A stretch of 64,000 nucleotides of DNA from an uncultured Eubacteriales bacterium. GTDB taxonomy: Bacteria > Bacillota_I > Bacilli_A > RF39 > UBA660. The notes under the pieces are model-generated. The model ran no database searches, had not been told where the DNA came from, and saw only the letters and a list, made by a program, of their open reading frames with translations. A program made the translations under genes and the position numbers. The stretch lies in the NCBI GenBank assembly GCA_900319955.1, contig ONQM01000006.1, positions 718 through 64,717 of the forward strand. The letters run 5' to 3'. Of the stretch, positions 57,864 through 64,000 are shown in pieces; the first letter of the stretch is position 1, and every line of letters begins with the position of its first letter.

Positions 57864-58649
57864 TTGAAAAAAAATGATAAAAGTAAAAGTGAGGGAATAG
57901 AAAACTTCCTTTGCCCAACAACAGATCTTTATATAACGCAAGGTGCAGGAGAAAAATTTAGTCATAAAGGAGTTATGGCATGTGACATAAGAGGAAAAGA
58001 AAAAGGTGTTAGATATCCATATTTTGCGCCATGTTCATGTAAATGTATAAAAACATATGAAAGTTTTGGAGAAGCTATATTTAAAAGTATAGATAAAGTA
58101 AGATTTGCAAATGGAATAGTAGATTATGCAGTATTTATAACTGCACATGATAACAATATGATTGCAAAAGAAAATATGATTTTTATGCAAGGAGATTTGC
58201 TTGGACATATGGGTGATAAAGGGAAGGCAACAGGAGTGCACTTACACTTTGAGGTGGGAACAGGACCTGATACAAAGCTTTATAAAAATAAATATGGTAA
58301 TTATGCATTAAAAAATGAAATAGATTTAGATGATGCTATGTTTATAGATAACACGAATATTTTAACTAAAAGAGGTTCTTGGAAATATACAAATAAAATA
58401 AATAATAAAAAATATTTAAATCTTCCAAAGACATTTACTAAATGGAGAGTCTATAAAGAAAATGTCATTCCAATTAAAAAAAATGCATGTGGCTATTTAA
58501 ACCCAAAAAAATTTGGAGGCCTTTCATATGAAATATTAGGTTTTACTGATAATAATTCATGTGTGGTTATTAAAACAAGAGATTATGGAATTGTAAAAAT
58601 ATACATAAAAAAAACTAAAGCATCTATAACCTTTAGTCCTCTTTATTAG
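57864..58649 (+). CDS. M23-family (LytM/lysostaphin-like) metallopeptidase with a Cys-rich N-terminus
   Basis: GHMGDKGKATGVHLHFEV matches the M23 motif G.sG.sTG.HLHFE. No obvious signal peptide is present. Confidence 0.55.
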   Translation: MKKNDKSKSEGIENFLCPTTDLYITQGAGEKFSHKGVMACDIRGKEKGVRYPYFAPCSCKCIKTYESFGEAIFKSIDKVRFANGIVDYAVFITAHDNNMIAKENMIFMQGDLLGHMGDKGKATGVHLHFEVGTGPDTKLYKNKYGNYALKNEIDLDDAMFIDNTNILTKRGSWKYTNKINNKKYLNLPKTFTKWRVYKENVIPIKKNACGYLNPKKFGGLSYEILGFTDNNSCVVIKTRDYGIVKIYIKKTKASITFSPLY

Positions 58650-58879
58650 TAGCTTTTACCACCTAAGTCAAGAGCATTTAACTCCATCTTAATAATGATT
58701 GATGTAATCTCTTTATCAGAAAGTCCAATTTTCTTTAAGTCTTTTCTGCTTAAATGCCATAAATCATTAACAGTTACAACATTATTTTCTTTTAAAACTT
58801 TATTGATACTTTCACTTAAACTTAAGTAACTAATGTTTTTCTCTAAAATATCCTTCATTTTGCAATCACCTATATACAT
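58646..58879 (-). CDS. small RNA-polymerase-alpha-CTD-like (helix-hairpin-helix) protein
   Basis: SLSESINKVLKENNVVTVNDLWHLSRKDLKKIGLSDKEITSI resembles alpha-CTD. It is the only minus-strand gene in the 50-64 kb block. Confidence 0.45.
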   Translation of the reverse strand: MYIGDCKMKDILEKNISYLSLSESINKVLKENNVVTVNDLWHLSRKDLKKIGLSDKEITSIIIKMELNALDLGGKSY

Positions 58880-58947
58880 TATACCATTAATTTTAACTTT
58901 TGGGTAAGAAAAAGTTATGATATAATAAATAATTATAGGAGATTTTT

Positions 58948-60003
58948 ATGACATTACTTGAATATATCGATAAATATGGAAATTTTTCATTTAAAGAAAA
59001 AAGTTTTAATGAGGTTGATAATATTATATTATCATCGATAAGTTATCTTGATTTATCAAGCTTTGTACCACATAACATGTTAAGTAAAATAAGCCTGCAA
59101 GATACATCAATACTTTATTTTAAGTGGCTTAAAGATGATAAAAATAAAATAACTGCACATAAATCAGCATTAAAAGTATTTAAGTGTATCTGCAAGAAGA
59201 AAAGATATAAGAATTTAATGCTTTACAATTATAAATATATAAAAGGTGAAAAAGAGCAGTTTAAAGCTTTAACTATTGATATAGATGATAAAACATCATA
59301 TATTTCTTTTGAGGGGACAGATGATCTAATAAGTGGATGGAAAGAAGACTTTTATCTTGCATGCTTTTATCCAGTAGAAAGTCAAAAAGCATCTATTCAT
59401 TATGCGAATAAATTTATTCTTTCTAAAAGAAAATTAATATTTGGAGGGCACTCTAAAGGAGGAAATCTTGCTCTTACTGCAGCATGCTTTTCAAGCAGAT
59501 TTGTAAAAGATAATATAATAGCAGTATACTCAAATGATGGACCAGGGTTTAGAAAAAAAGAATTTGAAAGCGATGAATACAAAGAAATACTTCCAAAATA
59601 TCATTTAATAATACCAAACTATTCATTCTTTGGACTTTTACTTAGACATACTGATGATTATGAAGTAGTAAAATCAAGCATAAAAGGAATATATGCACAT
59701 GACTTTTTATCATGGCAAGTAGATGATGATAAATTTAAAAAGACTAGTCTTTCAAAAACATCAATTTTTTTCAGCAAATCAATGAAAAAATGGGTGGAAA
59801 GCTATAACGATAATGATAGACTATTATTTGTAAATTCTATGTTTGAAGTATTTGATAAATTAAATATTAAAAGTGTAGAAGAAATACTTAAACATAAAAC
59901 TCTTATTCCAAAAATAATAATTGATACTAAGCCATCATCAAAAGTTAGGAGGATGCAAAAAGACTTTATAAAAATTGCACTTGAATATTTAACTCTTAAG
60001 TAG
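58948..60003 (+). CDS. Mbeg1-like / DUF2974 lipase-class-3-like alpha/beta hydrolase
   Basis: FEGTDDLISGWKEDF, with the nucleophile elbow GGHSKGGNLA. Confidence 0.55.
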   Translation: MTLLEYIDKYGNFSFKEKSFNEVDNIILSSISYLDLSSFVPHNMLSKISLQDTSILYFKWLKDDKNKITAHKSALKVFKCICKKKRYKNLMLYNYKYIKGEKEQFKALTIDIDDKTSYISFEGTDDLISGWKEDFYLACFYPVESQKASIHYANKFILSKRKLIFGGHSKGGNLALTAACFSSRFVKDNIIAVYSNDGPGFRKKEFESDEYKEILPKYHLIIPNYSFFGLLLRHTDDYEVVKSSIKGIYAHDFLSWQVDDDKFKKTSLSKTSIFFSKSMKKWVESYNDNDRLLFVNSMFEVFDKLNIKSVEEILKHKTLIPKIIIDTKPSSKVRRMQKDFIKIALEYLTLK

Positions 60004-60035
60004 TATTATTAAAAGGTCTTGAGGGGGAAATCTTT

Positions 60036-61004
60036 ATGAAAATAGATGATGAATTAAAAAAAGAAATGGCATATTTTGGATATAAAAAATGTACATCTAA
60101 ATTTTTTGAAAGTAATGATTTTTATAGATTAAAGGGATATTTTATTGACCTTCCACATATAGATCAAAATATAAGTAATTTTAAAATATATGATAAAGTA
60201 ACATTAATTAAATATGGTAAATATTTTTTAAATAGACATTTAGGAGATGCAAATAAGGAAGTAAGATATCTAGAATTTGGAAGCTTAAATCATAGATTAA
60301 GAAAAAAATTTGGAGTTTATCCATCAAAAGAAAATTATGAAAAAATTGGAAAATATGTAAATAAAAAAAGTATGTATGTAAATGCATATGAAGTTCCTCT
60401 AACAATAATTAATGCAGAGAATCGTGAATTAGGATCATGCTATCAATATATTTTTGATTATGCTTTTAATGAAACAGGAATACTAAAAAAATTACCTGTT
60501 GTAGAAACTGGAGTTGAGATAAACGCATCAGATAATCATTCTATGAAATCAACATATATTCATGAACTCTATCATATGCTTCTTTTTAGAAATAAAGGAT
60601 ATACTAGTAACTTATTATATGAAGAATTTATTCCATATTTTGTTCAAAAAGTAAGTTCTATTGAAATATCTGATGGAGTGCTAGAATCTGATAATATCTA
60701 TAGACTAAATATACTTTCAAATTTTTTAAATAATTATAGTTTAGACGATAATTATTATGATAAAGTATTTGATGCAGAATATATTATGGCCTTTGTCTTA
60801 TCAGAAAACCTATTTATAAAATATATAAGTGGTAGTGACAAAATAAAAAAAGAGATAGACTCCTATATTAAAAATGTAGTAACAGGTAAAAAAAGAATAG
60901 AAGATTTATTAGAAAAATTTAATATAACACCAGAAGAGGGATCTAAAATACTTATAAATAAAAGTAAAAAACTAAGAAGAGAAGAATTTATACAAAAAAA
61001 TTAG
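60036..61004 (+). CDS. hypothetical cytoplasmic protein with an HExxH motif, a possible zincin
   Basis: YIHELYHMLLF is the motif. There is no signal peptide. Confidence 0.35.
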   Translation: MKIDDELKKEMAYFGYKKCTSKFFESNDFYRLKGYFIDLPHIDQNISNFKIYDKVTLIKYGKYFLNRHLGDANKEVRYLEFGSLNHRLRKKFGVYPSKENYEKIGKYVNKKSMYVNAYEVPLTIINAENRELGSCYQYIFDYAFNETGILKKLPVVETGVEINASDNHSMKSTYIHELYHMLLFRNKGYTSNLLYEEFIPYFVQKVSSIEISDGVLESDNIYRLNILSNFLNNYSLDDNYYDKVFDAEYIMAFVLSENLFIKYISGSDKIKKEIDSYIKNVVTGKKRIEDLLEKFNITPEEGSKILINKSKKLRREEFIQKN

Positions 61005-61158
61005 TTAATGTTTTAATAGACAATTATTCGAAAAAAAGTTTGACTTATGCAAGTAAGACAATTCTTAAATAAATATTTGTGAAAACATTTTTGATGTTTT
61101 CATTTTTTAAAACAAAAATACTTTTCTCTTAAGAAAATTTATAGTATACTTATTATAG

Positions 61159-62385
61159 GTGAACACTATGAATAAGGTATATACTGGACTTGAAATTGGT
61201 GAAAATACGATTAAGATTGCAACATTTAAAGAAGTATATGGTAATCTAAAACTTCTTGCAAGTGCTGAAGTGAAAACAAAAGGCATTTCAAAAGGAAGAA
61301 TAATAGATGCTAAACTAGTTGCAAAGTCTTTAAATGCTGCAAAAAAAGATCTTGAAAATAAATTAGGTATAGAAATAAGCAAAATAGTTTTAAGCATAAA
61401 ACCATATGATACAGATTATAAAATAGCAAGTGTTGCAGTAAATACAATTGATCCTAATATGATTAGTGGAGCAGACATTACTAACTTAATAAAAGCAAGC
61501 TTAAAAGAAAATATAAGAAAAGATTATGAACTTATAACAGCATTTCCTATAGGATATAAACTTGATAATGGTAAAATAGTTAATAATCCCAAAGGAAAAA
61601 AATCAAAAAAAATATTTTCAAGAATAGTTCTCGCAAGTGAAAAGAAAGATTATTTATATAAATATTTAACGATAATTAATATGGTGGGATTTGAAGTTAC
61701 TGATATTGTCTATGATAGTGTAGCAGACTATTATGCAGTAAGAAACAAAACATATGATGAAGAAGTAGGAGCAATAATAGATATTGGTGAGGAAGAAACA
61801 GGTATTTCAGTATTTAATAAAGGAATAATGGTAAAAAAAGGAGCTGTCCCAATAGGAAGTCGCCATGTAGATAGTGACATATCATATATTTATAAGATAG
61901 GGCTTAAAGATGCAAGAAAATTAAAAGAAAGCTATGCTTTAGCATCAAGTAGATATGCAGATAAATACGATAGTGTGACATTAAAAGATGAAAATGGAGA
62001 AAATATAGAAATAAGTCAGTTAAAACTTACAGAAATAGTAAGTGCCAGACTGAAAGAATTATTAAATCTTTCAAAAAAAGAAATAAAAAACTTAACAAAC
62101 AGAAAAATAAGTTATATAATAATCTTAGGTGGACTAAGCGAAATGACAGGCTTTAACTATTTAGCTTCTCATATACTTGGAGATAGTGTAGTAGTTTGGA
62201 GTAGTACCACTATAGGATTGAGACATAATAAATATGGAACAGTAATAGGAACAGTTAAATACTTTAAAGATAAGCTAGAGCTTCGTTCCAAGAGTCTCAG
62301 CATGATTGATAGTTCAGAGTATGATGAGCTAAAAGACGCTAGTAACAAAGATGCATTAAAAAATATAATGACAGAAAATGCTTAA
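61159..62385 (+). CDS. ftsA: cell division protein FtsA (actin-like, divergent). The start is GTG 61159 or, more likely, ATG 61168
   Basis: [17 protein letters not shown] is the phosphate-1 region. An SHS2 insert and the actin-fold motifs [11 protein letters not shown] and GGLSEM are present. ftsZ follows immediately. Confidence 0.75.
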   Translation: MNTMNKVYTGLEIGENTIKIATFKEVYGNLKLLASAEVKTKGISKGRIIDAKLVAKSLNAAKKDLENKLGIEISKIVLSIKPYDTDYKIASVAVNTIDPNMISGADITNLIKASLKENIRKDYELITAFPIGYKLDNGKIVNNPKGKKSKKIFSRIVLASEKKDYLYKYLTIINMVGFEVTDIVYDSVADYYAVRNKTYDEEVGAIIDIGEEETGISVFNKGIMVKKGAVPIGSRHVDSDISYIYKIGLKDARKLKESYALASSRYADKYDSVTLKDENGENIEISQLKLTEIVSARLKELLNLSKKEIKNLTNRKISYIIILGGLSEMTGFNYLASHILGDSVVVWSSTTIGLRHNKYGTVIGTVKYFKDKLELRSKSLSMIDSSEYDELKDASNKDALKNIMTENA

Positions 62386-62405
62386 TATTAAGGAGGATAA
62401 GGTAT

Positions 62406-63506
62406 ATGCAAGGCGGATTAGAAATGGATCAATTAGCAAAGATTAAAGTCATAGGTCTAGGTGGCGGCGGTGGTAATGCCGTTAATAGAATGGTTGAGTC
62501 TGGTGTTAAAGGAGTAGAGTTTATTGTAGCAAATACTGATTTGCAAGTATTAAATAACTCTAAAGCAGATGTTAAAATTCAAATAGGTGCAAGTCTAACA
62601 GATGGACTTGGAGCAGGAGCAAGACCGGAAATTGGTAGAGAAGCTGCTGTTGAAAGTAAAAAAGAAATAGAAGATGCACTACAAGGTGCTGATATGATAT
62701 TTATAACATGCGGCATGGGTGGCGGAACTGGAACTGGAGCAGCACCTGTTGTTGCAGAAATAGCACAAGGCTTAGGAGCTCTTACAGTTGCAATAGTTAC
62801 AAAACCATTCTCATTTGAAGGCAAAAGAAGAATGGAAAATGCTCTTAAAGGAATTGAAGAGTTAAGAAAACATGTAGACACATTAATTACTATTCCAAAT
62901 GATAAATTAAGGGAAATTATTGATAAATCAACACCAATGCTTGATGCATTTAAAGAAGTTGATAATGTATTAAGACGTGGTGTTCAATCTATATCAGATT
63001 TAATCGCAGTTGTTGGACTTGTTAATCTTGATTTTGCAGATATTAAATCAATAATGAAAGACTCAGGAAATGCTGTTATTGGAATTGGTATAGGAATGGG
63101 AGAAGATAGAGCAATCGCTGCAGCACAAGAAGCTGTATCATCTCCACTTCTTGAAAATTCAATAGATGGAGCAACAGATGCAATAATAAACATTACAGGT
63201 GGCGTTAATTTAACATTATTTGAAGCTGAACAAGCATCAGAAGTTGTAAGAGCAGCATCTAAAAATGATATAAATATCATATTTGGTGCAGTTATTAATG
63301 AAAACTTAACTGATGAAGTAATAGTAACTGTTATTGCAACAGGATTTGATAAACGTGCTAAAGAATTAAAAATGGAAAAAGAAAATGAAGAAAATAAGAA
63401 AACACCTGATGCTAAAACTGAAGAAGCACCAAGAAGAAGAGAAGATGCAAATAAATCTGATGACAGCTTTGAACTTCCTCCATTTTTACAAAATAAAATA
63501 TATTAG
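62406..63506 (+). CDS. ftsZ: cell division GTPase FtsZ
   Basis: [13 protein letters not shown] and [16 protein letters not shown] form the tubulin signature. A conserved C-terminal peptide, [11 protein letters not shown], is present. Confidence 0.95.
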   Translation: MQGGLEMDQLAKIKVIGLGGGGGNAVNRMVESGVKGVEFIVANTDLQVLNNSKADVKIQIGASLTDGLGAGARPEIGREAAVESKKEIEDALQGADMIFITCGMGGGTGTGAAPVVAEIAQGLGALTVAIVTKPFSFEGKRRMENALKGIEELRKHVDTLITIPNDKLREIIDKSTPMLDAFKEVDNVLRRGVQSISDLIAVVGLVNLDFADIKSIMKDSGNAVIGIGIGMGEDRAIAAAQEAVSSPLLENSIDGATDAIINITGGVNLTLFEAEQASEVVRAASKNDINIIFGAVINENLTDEVIVTVIATGFDKRAKELKMEKENEENKKTPDAKTEEAPRRREDANKSDDSFELPPFLQNKIY

Positions 63507-63507
63507 A

Positions 63508-63535
63508 AGCTAGCAAATGCTAGTTTTTATTTTAA
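63508..63535 (+). terminator. rho-independent terminator after ftsZ
   Basis: ctagca-aa-tgctag, followed by tttttatttt. Confidence 0.5.
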
Positions 63536-63544
63536 GGAGACTAT

Positions 63545-64000
63545 ATGGAATATAATATAGAAAATATGGATAAACTTTCAGAATCAGGTATTAAAGAAGT
63601 TACTGTAGATTATTATGCAGAATTAAATGAACTTAGGGATAATCCTGATTTTGTAATAATAAAAGGTCCTATTTGCCATGCAAAATATAAAAATATTGAA
63701 ATAAACATTAAGAATAATATACCTAATTGGAGTTTTATTGAAGTTGAGATGAATGACAGGAAGTATATAAATTATGTAATGAGTTGCTTAAAGAAAAATG
63801 AAGATTTAGTTAAAAATTTAGGACTTATTATTTTATCAATTAAAGATAAAGAAATAAGATTTGATATTAAAAATAAAGAAATAGATAAAATTACTTTTCC
63901 TAAAATTGATAATTTAAATGAAGTAGATGATATTTTATCATCACTTGATAACAATAATATTAACTATAATTCTGTTAAAGTTAAAATGTATAATAAAACT
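63545..64000 (+). CDS. hypothetical protein, 3'-truncated by the window edge
   Basis: An ATG with the RBS aaggag is present. The frame is open to the end of the window, reading MEYNIENMDKLSESGIKEV... Confidence 0.4.
   Translation, partial: MEYNIENMDKLSESGIKEVTVDYYAELNELRDNPDFVIIKGPICHAKYKNIEINIKNNIPNWSFIEVEMNDRKYINYVMSCLKKNEDLVKNLGLIILSIKDKEIRFDIKNKEIDKITFPKIDNLNEVDDILSSLDNNNINYNSVKVKMYNKT

Noticed and set aside
62579-63280. Two minus-strand ORFs inside ftsZ
   Set aside because: They lie within the highly conserved ftsZ gene. Their Ala/Pro/Ser-rich antisense translation is a known artefact of the Gly/Ala-rich tubulin motifs.

Overview
This is a very AT-rich (roughly 25-28% GC by eye) chromosomal segment with a lysine/asparagine/isoleucine-rich proteome, typical of a low-GC Firmicute of Clostridium type. 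Nearly all genes are on the + strand and gene order is core and syntenic. Recognisable content, in order: three Asn-rich membrane/repeat proteins; a pilC-pilD pair; the rplU-prp-rpmA operon with its leader; an HTH/WLM-like peptidase pair; a sortase locus whose substrate carries TQXA thioester-domain motifs; a small nucleotidyltransferase plus SDR; a fold-3 esterase, TspO, Nudix and a Tmk-like kinase; a convergent pilB followed by two type IV pilins; a YlbL-like PDZ-Lon protease; a TrmH methylase; an orphan RpoD-like sigma factor; a HAD hydrolase; polC directly followed by truB; tandem dinD-like genes, one decayed; a T-box leader in front of asnS, then tig; a NifS-like cysteine desulfurase with a TtcA-like PP-loop enzyme; a short SMC; a CBS-type DHH pyrophosphatase; DUF368 with uppP; a class B PBP followed by mraY; radC-mreC-mreD; a seven-gene island of poorly characterised envelope-type genes; and ftsA-ftsZ. 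I saw no rRNA, tRNA or CRISPR. There are several decayed genes: a DUF4143 AAA ATPase, an Rpn-like nuclease, an IS transposase remnant and one dinD copy. Several cell-wall, cell-division and translation clusters are unusually minimal, with no mreB, min genes, murE/murF or nusA-infB in their usual places, which suggests a streamlined or decaying genome. I did not find a clear-cut novel defense system. The most unusual loci are the sortase/thioester locus with a non-canonical sorting signal and an apparently Arg-less sortase, a PilB ATPase with a long repetitive disordered tail, and the island between mreD and ftsA.
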